Virus record (IMG/VR): IMGVR_UViG_3300025316_001101
Source: a virus
Taxonomy: Duplodnaviria; Caudoviricetes
Length of the DNA stretch: 64,000 bases
Direction: 5' to 3' (one strand)
Both the position numbers and the translations under genes were made by a program. Numbering within the stretch: the stretch's first letter is position 1; each line of letters starts with the position of its first letter. Shown piece by piece: positions 26,221-36,496 of this stretch. Under the pieces are notes generated by a model. That model worked only from the letters and a program-made list of their open reading frames with translations. It searched no databases and had not been told where the DNA came from.

Positions 26221-27144
26221 TCATAAATTTGTAAACACATCTGATGTCGAGCCATCTGAATACACTCTCCACCATATACAATGCAACTTCCGGTCCTTGT
26301 GTTCCCCGTATGTTACTTCCACATGATGTGTAGGACATAACGATGCAATGTCTTGAACCCTATTCAATGTTCGATCAGCACATATATGATGCAATTCAAT
26401 ATATCTATCATAATTACATAGGCAACACCTTCCTTTTGCTGATCCGCACGCTATAGCTCGCTTCAAAGATAAATAAAAATTATTACTATTGCGAAAATCA
26501 CTAAATAAAAGACAATCATTCCTAAACATTCTAAACTTGTTGGCCCTTAATCTAATTGCATTAGCACTTCTGTTCATTTTTTTTGCAATATCTTCCACCG
26601 ATAGTGCTTCAGCGTATAACAACCTCAATTCATTATCATCCTCTTCTTTCCAAAAATGTTGCGTCTTACGTTTCGATGGCAAACCAATTTGTTTAATTCT
26701 GTGCCGCACCGATTTTAGCGACCTGCCCAAATTATCAGCCAATTTAGTTAAACTCATATCTCTATTATCTTCTAGCCATTTGATTTCGTCAACAGTCCAT
26801 GATTTTGGATTAAATTTTCTCTTTGGATCAGATAATTCCAAGTTCTCAATACGATTATTTTTTTTATCACCATCTTTATGAGAAACTTCTTTGCCAGTAT
26901 TTACAAAACCATATTGCGACAACCATATGGCTCGACATACGTAAAAATGTCGTTGTGCTTTATCGCCAATTTTAATGCCAAACAAAAGATTGCCGTTCAA
27001 TTCCCATCCCCGAGCAATATGATTACCAATGGCGTCCTTTTTCCCAGAAAAAACCACTCCATTTTTAGCATCAACTATTATTTCTTTAGATCTGATTTTT
27101 AGTAAAACAACTTGATCATATTTTCCATTTTGAACCGATTCCAT
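26221..27144 (-). CDS. HNH homing endonuclease with HTH repeats
   Basis: VSHKDGDKKNNRIENLE; repeated W---E---L HTH units; C-terminal CxxC...ELHH...LCPTHH. Confidence 0.8.
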   Translation of the reverse strand: MESVQNGKYDQVVLLKIRSKEIIVDAKNGVVFSGKKDAIGNHIARGWELNGNLLFGIKIGDKAQRHFYVCRAIWLSQYGFVNTGKEVSHKDGDKKNNRIENLELSDPKRKFNPKSWTVDEIKWLEDNRDMSLTKLADNLGRSLKSVRHRIKQIGLPSKRKTQHFWKEEDDNELRLLYAEALSVEDIAKKMNRSANAIRLRANKFRMFRNDCLLFSDFRNSNNFYLSLKRAIACGSAKGRCCLCNYDRYIELHHICADRTLNRVQDIASLCPTHHVEVTYGEHKDRKLHCIWWRVYSDGSTSDVFTNL

Positions 27145-27197
27145 AAAATTACCTCCACTATTATATAGTTATGATAATTTTGTTTTTCCAGTAAAAA

Positions 27198-27758
27198 TTA
27201 TACTTGCTTGGAATTTGATCTAAACACACCCATATTTTCCAATTGTTTTATTCTATTTGACAACCAATCCAGATTTCCACTAAACGCCTCAACTATGACC
27301 CCACCCTTCTCAGCAATTTCATCTGCGTCCTCGAATATTTTTTTATCAAGCATCATAGATCCACCATCATAAACACGACCGCTAAAATACACTACTTTTG
27401 CGATTCCTGCTGCGACTATCTTCAGCATACATGCCGCACATGGTTTCCCAGTCACATAAATTATGGCTCCTGTCAATCTATTCCTATCCGAATGATCAAT
27501 AGCATTTATTTCACTGTGAATAATATTCTTATATTTATAAGGTCGAGACCAATCCATTTCTACATCATCATATTGCGCAGGAGGTCCATTATACCCCGAT
27601 CCTAATGGATAATTATCGCATGTCACTATTTGTGATCCATGTTGTGTATTAGGATCTTTAGAAAAAGAAGCATGAATGAACGCTAATCCCATATACTTCT
27701 CATCTCTTGTTGGCACCTGTCTAGGCGCTATTTCACTAGTATTTCCGCTAACTTGCAT
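27198..27758 (-). CDS. dCMP deaminase
   Basis: SKDPNTQHG, GYNG-P, HSEINAI, PCAAC. Confidence 0.92.
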   Translation of the reverse strand: MQVSGNTSEIAPRQVPTRDEKYMGLAFIHASFSKDPNTQHGSQIVTCDNYPLGSGYNGPPAQYDDVEMDWSRPYKYKNIIHSEINAIDHSDRNRLTGAIIYVTGKPCAACMLKIVAAGIAKVVYFSGRVYDGGSMMLDKKIFEDADEIAEKGGVIVEAFSGNLDWLSNRIKQLENMGVFRSNSKQV

Positions 27759-28255
27759 TTGTCTTCAACCTCTCTTGCTATTACTATTAAACGATTAGAT
27801 TCCAACCACGATTTGGCCGATTTGTCTGGACTAGCTATTAAGTGTGGCAAATGGAATTGAACCAATTTGTCGTCATATTGCGTTCTAGAAATATCAAAAA
27901 TATCCTTGCCCTTAAACCAAACTCCAAATCTCCTCATGCATCTTCGAAGCGCTATATCATTATAATGCTCTCCTGGCTGCGTTTGCTTCCTGTAATCCAG
28001 TCCAGAATCCAGATCATGCCTATTATAAACAAAAACGTCTAATTTTGCAACTAGCTCTTTTACCCGATTGATATCCTGGCGAAGGAATAGCCAATAAGCG
28101 TCCTCGTACAATTGCATTCCAAGCTCATATGCAAACAATTGTTTGCCAACCTTGAAAACCCAAAACCAATTACCTTTTCCGGCTTTTCTGTTTACCGAAC
28201 GTAAAAAGTCTTCACGATCTCTGTCTATGCCAAATGGGTTTATAAAATTTAACAT
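27728..28255 (-). CDS. hypothetical protein
   Basis: 175-aa ORF coupled to its neighbours. Confidence 0.7.
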   Translation of the reverse strand: MLNFINPFGIDRDREDFLRSVNRKAGKGNWFWVFKVGKQLFAYELGMQLYEDAYWLFLRQDINRVKELVAKLDVFVYNRHDLDSGLDYRKQTQPGEHYNDIALRRCMRRFGVWFKGKDIFDISRTQYDDKLVQFHLPHLIASPDKSAKSWLESNRLIVIAREVEDKCKLAEILVK

Positions 28256-28659
28256 TAATCCACCGATTGTAAATATTCTATTCTATAGCAATCGGCTTTA
28301 TATGCTGATTTGAAACGATTTAGATCCGCCAATTGATCTGTAGATAAATACCCCTTAATAACTACTTCTGGAAGTGGAATGTTGGCCGACCATCCCTCGG
28401 AGCTTTCCATATTTGCTTTACAAGTTATGGGGATAAAACCCAAACAAATATAATCTATACACCGTACTCCGAAGAAATCGCCAACCGTATCATAGATGTA
28501 TCCACCTATTGGCATTCCTTTCCCAACTGCAATCCGAAAGACTTTATTGCGATCCACATGTTGTGCATCTATGGCCATTGCTATCACATAGGTGCGAGCA
28601 GATAAAACATGTACTTGAAGATGGTGTTTGATATCTGCTACGTCGGTATTTGGCGTCAA
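28255..28659 (-). CDS. hypothetical protein
   Basis: 134-aa ORF in operon. Confidence 0.65.
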   Translation of the reverse strand: MTPNTDVADIKHHLQVHVLSARTYVIAMAIDAQHVDRNKVFRIAVGKGMPIGGYIYDTVGDFFGVRCIDYICLGFIPITCKANMESSEGWSANIPLPEVVIKGYLSTDQLADLNRFKSAYKADCYRIEYLQSVD

Positions 28660-28664
28660 ATCAA

Positions 28665-28895
28665 TTACTCACTCTTCTTGTGTTTCTTTTTTCGATGTGT
28701 TTTATGCTTTTTGTGCTTCTTGGGCTTGTCATCACCAGCTAGTTTATCTACTTGCCAAAACACTGCCGTACTATGTGCATTAACCCCAGCGGCCGGAATT
28801 GGTGGCATTAACCCCAAAGCTGCATTCCATCGTAATCTAGTAAATGGACTAGATTCTTGTGTTTGTAACCAATCTCTAAAACCTAATAGACTCAT
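28665..28895 (-). CDS. small basic protein with capsid-targeting-like N-terminus
   Basis: MSLLGFRDWLQTQE start; K/H-rich tail; TATATA 5 nt upstream. Confidence 0.7.
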   Translation of the reverse strand: MSLLGFRDWLQTQESSPFTRLRWNAALGLMPPIPAAGVNAHSTAVFWQVDKLAGDDKPKKHKKHKTHRKKKHKKSE

Positions 28896-28984
28896 ATTAA
28901 TATATATTACAATATATCAAATAAAAAACCCAACATGGACTTTGTAAAAAGTCTATGTTGGGTGCCAACTACAATCTAATCGCA

Positions 28985-29314
28985 TTACCGAACTTTATAC
29001 TTGCCAGACTTGATAATCGCCAAAGGTTGAAAATCACCTTGTAAGGCTGCCTCCTGGGCTGCCTCATGGGCTTTTTCAAGTCGCTGCAATTTTACTTTCA
29101 GCGTCCTAATCCATCGGTTACTGCAATAGTATCCAGTATGATCCGTAAAGTGTAAATAGCTTCGATAGGTAAGGTAATACTTGATAAATTGCCGCTGTAA
29201 TATACCTCGGAAATACTTCCAGAGGTATTCTTGATCTTTTGGCAATTCTAAATCAAATATTCGACCCGAAATGAATTCCAGTTCTGGGTCCAATTCAGGT
29301 TCTACCGATGACAT
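28985..29314 (-). CDS. hypothetical protein
   Basis: 109-aa ORF overlapping the upstream gene. Confidence 0.65.
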   Translation of the reverse strand: MSSVEPELDPELEFISGRIFDLELPKDQEYLWKYFRGILQRQFIKYYLTYRSYLHFTDHTGYYCSNRWIRTLKVKLQRLEKAHEAAQEAALQGDFQPLAIIKSGKYKVR

Positions 29315-29810
29315 TCACGCCCTCACAAATCTCAAGATACATCAACATCAATCCCGGTGCAAACACTTTGGGAATATCCAAAGTCTTGCAATGATTCAAA
29401 ATTGAAATTACGAATTTCACTTCACGGGGCACGGTCACCGCATCATCTGTTTCCCAAGTGACTTGGTGTTCTGCCCGCTGTAACGCAGCGTAGGCCGTCT
29501 TGGCACCATACTCTACATCAGTATTGAGTACCAATGTCATATAGTCTTCGGACTGTAGAAGCCGCTTGGGCACCGGCCCTCCACAATACATTGCCTTATC
29601 CTTAAAGAATACGCCAATGCATATGTGAACATAAGATTTTGCATCCCACATGCATTGCTTGTAATATTCCTCTTTCTTATGGCTTTCGCCAGTTTCCTCC
29701 GTTTCACAAAAGGCTTCAGAATCAAATTCTGAAACTTCAGGTTGAACTTCATCTTCCAAGTCGAAATCTTCCTGATACGACACGTCCTGCGCATTCAAAA
29801 CACTAGGCAT
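29295..29810 (-). CDS. hypothetical protein
   Basis: Acidic N-terminus; GGAG SD. Confidence 0.7.
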   Translation of the reverse strand: MPSVLNAQDVSYQEDFDLEDEVQPEVSEFDSEAFCETEETGESHKKEEYYKQCMWDAKSYVHICIGVFFKDKAMYCGGPVPKRLLQSEDYMTLVLNTDVEYGAKTAYAALQRAEHQVTWETDDAVTVPREVKFVISILNHCKTLDIPKVFAPGLMLMYLEICEGVNVIGRT

Positions 29811-29914
29811 GTAAATCTCCTACGATTTAGTTGTGGCATCCTGCGATAAATTATTAAGCAAATTCATTACCAACGTCAATACATATATCAGACACACTAT
29901 ATGGGAGGACTTTT

Positions 29915-30445
29915 ATGAAAAAATTCATCGCTCCGTTATTAATCGCTCTATTATTCCTTTCTGGTTGCAGTGGCAATCTTTCGCCACTTAGTCCAAATTC
30001 CAAGAAAAAAATTCAAAATCAAAATGGCAAAATCGAAGAACTAAAAGACAACCAAAACAGCGTAGCTGCTGAAATTGGAAAGTTGCGAAATGAAACCCAA
30101 GTTACTGCGGAAAAAATTAATAGTTTCCAGCAACAACAGGGCATGCTCAACAAAGAGAATTCAGGCATACAAATCCTCCAGGGCGATGGAGCCCTCATTG
30201 CCCTAATCGTTTTAACGACTCTTGGCATGGTATTGGTCTACTACTATCGAACGGAAGCATTAAAGGCTAAAAAGGTAAACGATATACTCGCTCACCAGAT
30301 CGTCCAAGCCAATAATCTTGACCTGGAGGACCAAGTTTTTCTAGCAGGCATGCATAGTGACGTAGAACCTGATCTGTATCATCTGATGGTGCAAAAGCAA
30401 ACCCAGTTGGGCGTAATACGACACCGTGGCCTAACAAGTCTCTAA
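29915..30445 (+). CDS. lipoprotein
   Basis: Lipobox LSGC after MKK + hydrophobic stretch; coiled coil; second TM; GGAGG SD. Confidence 0.8.
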   Translation: MKKFIAPLLIALLFLSGCSGNLSPLSPNSKKKIQNQNGKIEELKDNQNSVAAEIGKLRNETQVTAEKINSFQQQQGMLNKENSGIQILQGDGALIALIVLTTLGMVLVYYYRTEALKAKKVNDILAHQIVQANNLDLEDQVFLAGMHSDVEPDLYHLMVQKQTQLGVIRHRGLTSL

Positions 30446-30494
30446 CTCTGAATTTTCAAATTATACGACTTCTAACGGTTGTGTCAAGGTGACC

Positions 30495-30803
30495 TCATGG
30501 AGAATCCTTGTCGTACCCTTGCTCAACGTGTCTCAGCAGGGGATATCCGCTACAATTGTCTCCAATTGGCGAACCTTGAGAGAACGGATCGGTCCCTGCT
30601 TTTCTGCATTCTTCTCTATACTTTTCCACCGTAACATCAATTTTGTCTTTCTTGGACCGGATTAATTTCTGACAATACCACTTCTTCCAATCCACCTCAT
30701 CTTGTGCTAAATACCTGCACTGAGCAGATCCCCCAGAGTAACACAGACACACATCTTGCAACTGCTTGTTTGATAACATATCACATCCCCTTGCTAACAA
30801 CAA
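30495..30803 (-). CDS. Cys-rich hypothetical protein
   Basis: ORF in operon. Confidence 0.65.
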   Translation of the reverse strand: MLLARGCDMLSNKQLQDVCLCYSGGSAQCRYLAQDEVDWKKWYCQKLIRSKKDKIDVTVEKYREECRKAGTDPFSQGSPIGDNCSGYPLLRHVEQGYDKDSP

Positions 30804-31293
30804 TCTCTTCGCCTATATCTGAAATCAAAATGCCTTTTGCGTGATCAATTTCATGCTGATAAACGACGGCCATATAGCCGTCAATGATTTTATCAATAGG
30901 TTCTAAATGTAACCTATCATCCGCCAATAATTCCTGTCCAACCACTCTGATTTTTTCGTGCCTTTCCACCTTAAAGTGTCGTAATTTACCCATCGAAGTT
31001 CTTAATGACAAACACCCTTCTACCGACTGCCGCTTCACATCATCTACTGGTTCGTACTCGCAATCGATCATGAAGTGTAAATCCGTAGGCATCCGACAAA
31101 TTATGAAAAGTTTCCACGGAATACCAATTTGTACGGCAGCTAAACCAACGCCATCATTTTCACAGCATAGCTTAGACATTTCCACGCACAAATTATACAA
31201 TTTTACAAGATTGTCTTTAGGCGGAGCGACAACCTCTTCTTTTTTTGAAATTTTATCCACTAAGACAATGGAATATTCTGACATGGATTTCAT
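30781..31293 (-). CDS. def: peptide deformylase
   Basis: GVGLAAVQIG, EGCLSL, QHEIDH. Confidence 0.97.
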   Translation of the reverse strand: MKSMSEYSIVLVDKISKKEEVVAPPKDNLVKLYNLCVEMSKLCCENDGVGLAAVQIGIPWKLFIICRMPTDLHFMIDCEYEPVDDVKRQSVEGCLSLRTSMGKLRHFKVERHEKIRVVGQELLADDRLHLEPIDKIIDGYMAVVYQHEIDHAKGILISDIGEEIVVSKGM

Positions 31294-31580
31294 TGCTTCT
31301 CTGGGCAGGTAGATAAAGCTTTAGTAATGCCGTCAACCTTGTGCGACAACCATTCTTGAAGACCATCCGTATTACCCTTCAAGTTGCCGGGCACCCTCAA
31401 AATTACTGGAATGTCGTCCCCGTCATTAACTAATAAAGTCAGATGCTTAGTGATTAGTCTACGCAACAACTCTGAAACCGACCAGCCCATTTTCTTGGCG
31501 GCATTTTCCAGCATATCCTTCATCTCTGGCTCGACCGAAATGCTCATTACTTTATATTTTACATTTGACATATGATTCAT
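31290..31580 (-). CDS. ribbon-helix-helix DNA-binding protein
   Basis: VMSISVEPEMKDMLENAAKKMGWSVSELLRRLI. Confidence 0.75.
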   Translation of the reverse strand: MNHMSNVKYKVMSISVEPEMKDMLENAAKKMGWSVSELLRRLITKHLTLLVNDGDDIPVILRVPGNLKGNTDGLQEWLSHKVDGITKALSTCPEKQ

Positions 31581-31582
31581 CC

Positions 31583-31831
31583 TTACTCTTTGTTATAGGG
31601 TTTGCTGTACATCTCTTTCCGCTTTTTAATCCCGGCTTCTTTCTGCTTGCGACGACGCTTTTCACTATTGCTCTCATGGCGAGACTTAACCTTGTATTCC
31701 GTTAAAATACCGTAATCGTCTACCTTTCTTTTGAAAATACTCTTCAACACCTTGAAGCGATCATCCTCAGTTCGAAAATACTTTCCACCAAGATCTTTTT
31801 CATCTACTCTGGCACGCACTTTATGAGCCAT
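31583..31831 (-). CDS. rpsU: ribosomal protein bS21
   Basis: FKRKVDDYGILTEYK...ESNSEKRRRKQKEA pattern. Confidence 0.8.
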   Translation of the reverse strand: MAHKVRARVDEKDLGGKYFRTEDDRFKVLKSIFKRKVDDYGILTEYKVKSRHESNSEKRRRKQKEAGIKKRKEMYSKPYNKE

Positions 31832-31842
31832 TACATATTCTC

Positions 31843-33003
31843 CTAATCCCGTTCTATTTTTATGAATTTTGTGCCAATGCGTTGTACTTTTCTTTTTTTA
31901 ACATCGGCATAAGGCATTATTTTATTAAATTCTACTGTGGACGGCAAGCGATCCCGATCTGTGTCCCTTACCAACGCACGGCACTTTGCTATTATATTAT
32001 CAAATAAATTCACGTTCCACAAGTATTCATTTCCAGCTTTTATTATAGTAGCAAAATTGAAAATATATTCTCTAGGAAGCGATTTCTCACAACATAGTCC
32101 GTCCACTTCATATTCTTTCAAACCCACGTATCTAGCTCTTTCATCACAATAAACAAATGGAGATCTGGCCGCAATAGCTAATCGTGATATGCCAGAAAAT
32201 ACGTCTAATACGCAATCTACACTTCGCATTAAAGCTAATACTTTATTAATGTCTTTTTCAGCCACACAAAGACATCTGCCTAATACATCTTGCGAAATAT
32301 CGTGAGTGGAAAAATTTTGATAAACTACAGGCATAAACCCTTCATTTAATAACCTATTAACCAATTCCATCCAAAATCTTCTATCTGTCGCTAACCATTC
32401 CACGTGTCCATGTATCCACTGCTGCACATTACGAGTTGGATGAAGCAGTATCTTTGGTTGGGTTTTAGATGTCAATTCTTGTAAAAATCCATGCCCCATT
32501 ATAGACACTGAAGAAATAGATGGCAAGAACACCTTAACATGCTTAAATTTATCCCAAAACGCCTGTTGTATTCCTCTCTGATAAAACGATTCTAATGCCG
32601 TTGGTCCAACAACATCCTCAAAAAAATAATGCAACTGACGCACGTGAGATACAGCCTGCGAGGATTCATTTGCAAATTCAAACGCCTCACGATGTAATGC
32701 AAGTAATGATTCATCCTTGACCGACCAATATTCATCTACATTTGGAAACATAGATTCATATCCCGGCCAAGTACACAAAATAAAGTATTTGGAACCCTTC
32801 AACTGTTCTCTATATCTTCTTAAAAGCATAGAAGATAAAATGCAAAGAGAACGCACATCACCAAAAAACCACATCACACATACATCAGACATTGATATGG
32901 GCATACCATGAGTAGGCACTCTACTACGAACAAATCCAGATTTATCCGCAGCCCTCTTTAATATAGCATTTACATCAATATCACCGCTCATTATTTGCTC
33001 CAA
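31843..33003 (-). CDS. GT9-like (heptosyltransferase-like) protein
   Basis: GD-...ILSSMLLR, LHP, W-ELV--L, LALMRSVDCVL-V-SG--RLA-A GT9-type layout; paralog of the next gene. Confidence 0.55.
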   Translation of the reverse strand: MEQIMSGDIDVNAILKRAADKSGFVRSRVPTHGMPISMSDVCVMWFFGDVRSLCILSSMLLRRYREQLKGSKYFILCTWPGYESMFPNVDEYWSVKDESLLALHREAFEFANESSQAVSHVRQLHYFFEDVVGPTALESFYQRGIQQAFWDKFKHVKVFLPSISSVSIMGHGFLQELTSKTQPKILLHPTRNVQQWIHGHVEWLATDRRFWMELVNRLLNEGFMPVVYQNFSTHDISQDVLGRCLCVAEKDINKVLALMRSVDCVLDVFSGISRLAIAARSPFVYCDERARYVGLKEYEVDGLCCEKSLPREYIFNFATIIKAGNEYLWNVNLFDNIIAKCRALVRDTDRDRLPSTVEFNKIMPYADVKKRKVQRIGTKFIKIERD

Positions 33004-34168
33004 TTCTTATGGAGTTATCATTAATCATTGATTGAACTGCCATATCTGATTCTAACATACCAAGCACCTCAGCATAATCACCGTGCTGCATTTCTTCTAT
33101 ACATTTTTTAACCAAATTAATAGCAGTATCATTATCTTCATGCACGCTCTTAAAATGCGACAAACAAAGCTTTCTAGGACCAAAATCACATAGATTTCTT
33201 CTATACCCCTCTTGTCCATTACCATAAATCTGATCTGGACTTTCAAATAAAAGATAAGGTACGCCCAACATGCCCGCTAATCGTGTAGATGCCGTCCAAA
33301 ACTGAACTGTAAAACTTAATCTAGAAACAATAGCCAAAGTTAACTCTAAATCCTTCGCCTCTTCCATTCTAGAAAAATCAATAACGCCTTCTACAGGACA
33401 CGGTTGTGTTGTTTGTTTTTCTCCCAACCATACCGGACTATAACCCATTTCCTTCAGCAACCCAATCAACTTTACATAAAATTCTGGCTGTAAATTACGT
33501 CCATAACATTTTCTGCCTCTAGCGAAAATTCCAACTGAATTCGATTTCAAATAACTATCCGCCTTTTCTAGCTTCTCCCTAGAGGGCGCAGGTAATCGCA
33601 CTACCATTTTTTTACTTTCTTGCACATTGTCAAAAAGTGACCTCATAACATCCTTGCTTTGACATGCTGGACATTCCGCTTTATCCGCCTCTGCCCACAC
33701 GGAACGACATTTCTTACAAACATTGCCTACAGTATATTGTCCAAGCATTGCCGATTGCAACACGTGCCCATATACCTTAACTTTCTCCTCTACTTTTTTC
33801 AAATTACGAGAATCATGATGAAAGGCTCTGCAATACTCCCGCAACCATTGATGCTCCTCTTTTAACTCCCAAAATTCATCCGCTAAATGTCGATAGAAAT
33901 ATTCTCTTCCATACCAACCCATAACGATTATGTAATACCCCGGAAAATTTTGCGCAATTCTTGATATGCTGTACAATACCCCCAAGGTCTCACATCCGAA
34001 CTCAGAGAAACACGAAATAATTAACGTGTTTTTAGGATTCGGCCTAGCACGATTGTTAAACTTGTGAATATTAAATTGCACATCTTCTATGCGCTCATGT
34101 TCCATGCGTGTCTGTGTGCCTGGATTAATAGGTTGTGGCTTAATTAGAGAACGTGGCTTAATTATCAC
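32981..34168 (-). CDS. GT9-like (heptosyltransferase-like) protein
   Basis: FY-KLI-LL---GYSPVWLG, VIDFS, DLELTLAIVSR, LAGMLGVP. Confidence 0.6.
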   Translation of the reverse strand: MIIKPRSLIKPQPINPGTQTRMEHERIEDVQFNIHKFNNRARPNPKNTLIISCFSEFGCETLGVLYSISRIAQNFPGYYIIVMGWYGREYFYRHLADEFWELKEEHQWLREYCRAFHHDSRNLKKVEEKVKVYGHVLQSAMLGQYTVGNVCKKCRSVWAEADKAECPACQSKDVMRSLFDNVQESKKMVVRLPAPSREKLEKADSYLKSNSVGIFARGRKCYGRNLQPEFYVKLIGLLKEMGYSPVWLGEKQTTQPCPVEGVIDFSRMEEAKDLELTLAIVSRLSFTVQFWTASTRLAGMLGVPYLLFESPDQIYGNGQEGYRRNLCDFGPRKLCLSHFKSVHEDNDTAINLVKKCIEEMQHGDYAEVLGMLESDMAVQSMINDNSIRIGANNER

Positions 34169-34365
34169 TGTTGTTCCCCATTATATTTTATTTTCATCAT
34201 TTTGGCATTGCCGCCACACTTTAAGCACCTAAATTCCCTTGGCCTACCACAATGCGAACATTTCCTCACCTCGGTAAGACCCTTGAGATCATCGGCTGTG
34301 CCGTCACTTGTTCTACCCCAGCGACAACGAGGGCAGCGAATTATAAACGTCTTTGGTAAATCCAT
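34165..34365 (-). CDS. small zinc-finger protein
   Basis: Three CxxC pairs. Confidence 0.7.
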   Translation of the reverse strand: MDLPKTFIIRCPRCRWGRTSDGTADDLKGLTEVRKCSHCGRPREFRCLKCGGNAKMMKIKYNGEQQ

Positions 34366-34386
34366 ACCATAATGTAGTAATCAACG

Positions 34387-34420
34387 AAAAAAGCCCACCC
34401 GGCTGTGCCGGGTGGGCTTT
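34387..34420 (-). terminator. Rho-independent terminator (GCCCACCCGGC family)
   Basis: 11-bp GC stem with A6 on the left and T3 on the right. Confidence 0.8.
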
Positions 34421-34424
34421 GTGT

Positions 34425-34955
34425 TTAATCTTCACCAAGATCGGAAAACGGTTTTTCCAGTAATAATCCCAAAAACTCTTTCATCCATTTATAGATTTTA
34501 CCCTGACGAGGAATTCCGTACTTAGGCATAGCATCTTCTTTGATCCATTCCCAAACATTAGTTCCGAATTCTGTTGCTCTAGCATAAAAATCACAACACA
34601 TCTCAGCCACATACAACCTGGGCATATTACTTGCACTTCCCCAAAATTCGGGGTGGTGTTTATTCGTTCTCTGATGATGAGATACGGCCAATGCTAAGGC
34701 TCCATTGCCATTAGTACGAGAGCCAACTAGATAATCCCATTCAATGCCAGACCATTTAGAATGATCGTGAGTTTGTCCTGCGGCAATAAGATGAATGCCC
34801 AAATCGATCTCACCTTTATCAATGAGTCGTCTACCAAGCAACTGACAGGCTTCTTGGACATTAGATATGTGGCGAAGGAGGGCGTCCACTTTTTCCTTAG
34901 CCCTAACACACTCTTCAAGACTGGGTTCGCCCCCGTCTCCCTCTAATTCGTTCAA
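34425..34955 (-). CDS. DUF5662-like HD-superfamily protein
   Basis: RHI--V, HDHSK, HH---NKHHPEFW, MP--YVAEM-CD. Confidence 0.7.
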   Translation of the reverse strand: MNELEGDGGEPSLEECVRAKEKVDALLRHISNVQEACQLLGRRLIDKGEIDLGIHLIAAGQTHDHSKWSGIEWDYLVGSRTNGNGALALAVSHHQRTNKHHPEFWGSASNMPRLYVAEMCCDFYARATEFGTNVWEWIKEDAMPKYGIPRQGKIYKWMKEFLGLLLEKPFSDLGED

Positions 34956-34965
34956 GATTTTTCTC

Positions 34966-35403
34966 CTAATCCCAAGCCAATCGTTTGTCTCGCAACCATT
35001 GCGTTAAACTAATGGGGGAACAAGATTTATCATTGACACATAATACAAGTCGAATGTCAACTAGCCACACCCCGTCTTTCTTTTTTTCATAAAGCAACAC
35101 TTGTGGCAATTTAGATTGGTTGATCAATACAACCACTGCATCGTGTGATTCCTTAGGAGTTTTGACGGCCAACTCCCCTCGAATACGACGACCATCCTTC
35201 AACATAATATCAAATTCGCTTCCTGCTCCTTCCAATACCCCAATTGTAACAGCATCATGTGTACTGACAAGAGGTGGCAGAACTCTAGCTTTATGGCAAC
35301 CCGCCAAAAGAAGTAAACAAACAATAAATATACAAATTCTTTGCTTCATATCAATCGCCTTGTGGTAGCACCGTATTTGGGAAAGCACGACCCAGTGCAT
35401 CAC
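34966..35403 (-). CDS. putative lipoprotein
   Basis: LLLAGC lipobox after MKQR; true start probably internal. Confidence 0.55.
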   Translation of the reverse strand: MMHWVVLSQIRCYHKAIDMKQRICIFIVCLLLLAGCHKARVLPPLVSTHDAVTIGVLEGAGSEFDIMLKDGRRIRGELAVKTPKESHDAVVVLINQSKLPQVLLYEKKKDGVWLVDIRLVLCVNDKSCSPISLTQWLRDKRLAWD

Positions 35404-35932
35404 TCAACTCATCTATTTTACTACGCAAACTACTGATTGTAGACTCTACTTTTTTGTCGCCCTTACCTTCTCCGTCCAACGCTGCTATTTTGTCTTGCAG
35501 TCCATGCAATTTAATTTTCATCTCGGCCAATTCTTGAATTTGTTCTGGAGTGAATGTAACTCCCAACGGACCCGGTTCCATAGCCTGATCTTGCCCCACC
35601 GAAGCTGCCCGAATAGGGTTTGGTGATTGCGACATTGCTTTAGCGGTAGCCGCTGCTTGCTTTGCACTGTCTATTTTATTCTCATGCAATACAACATCTG
35701 GAGCGTCCCCAGCATTGCGAGACATATCATAGACTGTATTCCAATATTGAACATCGGCATCTTTAATGTCTTCGGTTGGGTGGGTATTGGCTGGACCGAA
35801 ATAACTCACATCTGCCGTTTGGCATGGAGTTGTCCTTTGTTTAGGTGCATCATCAAATGTTCCATTTGACATTGCTTTTTCCCACTTATCACACCATGTA
35901 TCAAACTGATCTTTCTGTGCTTCTATACTCAT
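35351..35932 (-). CDS. hypothetical protein with C-terminal coiled coil
   Basis: GAGG SD; TAAATA at 35970-35975. Confidence 0.75.
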   Translation of the reverse strand: MSIEAQKDQFDTWCDKWEKAMSNGTFDDAPKQRTTPCQTADVSYFGPANTHPTEDIKDADVQYWNTVYDMSRNAGDAPDVVLHENKIDSAKQAAATAKAMSQSPNPIRAASVGQDQAMEPGPLGVTFTPEQIQELAEMKIKLHGLQDKIAALDGEGKGDKKVESTISSLRSKIDELSDALGRAFPNTVLPQGD

Positions 35933-36017
35933 ACTATTATCCTCTATTCTTGACTGGCCTTCTTTAATCTATTTAGTGACCAGCGACAAAATAATATCGG
36001 CCTATAATAGGTATAGC

Positions 36018-36482
36018 TCAGTCCACGGTTTTCTCAGAGACAACATCGTCTTCTTTGATTTTCTGTGTTTTTTCGATAAACATATCAAGATTTAAGATAG
36101 AAATCGAAGTCCAATGCGGATCGTCTTTGGGGAAATATTCAGGTTTAGTGTAATAATAAATATGCACTGTATAAGGATATGGTTTTTCAAGAATTTCCTC
36201 ATCTGTCATACCAGCGAGCATATCTTTCAACATCATCTTTGGCACAGTATAAGCATCTCTTTCGCATGCATATAAAAGCTTTCGCATGACCTGTGTTGCA
36301 GCTTCCATTTTATTGGGCAGCTTTAACAAATGAATCATGTGCCGTTTTTCATTTCCGGTCACAAATTCTGCTGCGTTGGCATAACAAACCATGATCTCGC
36401 CCTTTTCGGGCTTGTATCTCCGCACATCCCTGAAATACTGGTCGAAATTTTTGTCATCAATTATTAGTTCTTCTGTTTCCAT
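36018..36482 (-). CDS. hypothetical protein
   Basis: 154-aa ORF downstream of dnaE-C. Confidence 0.7.
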   Translation of the reverse strand: METEELIIDDKNFDQYFRDVRRYKPEKGEIMVCYANAAEFVTGNEKRHMIHLLKLPNKMEAATQVMRKLLYACERDAYTVPKMMLKDMLAGMTDEEILEKPYPYTVHIYYYTKPEYFPKDDPHWTSISILNLDMFIEKTQKIKEDDVVSEKTVD

Positions 36483-36496
36483 ATTCTATCATAGTT

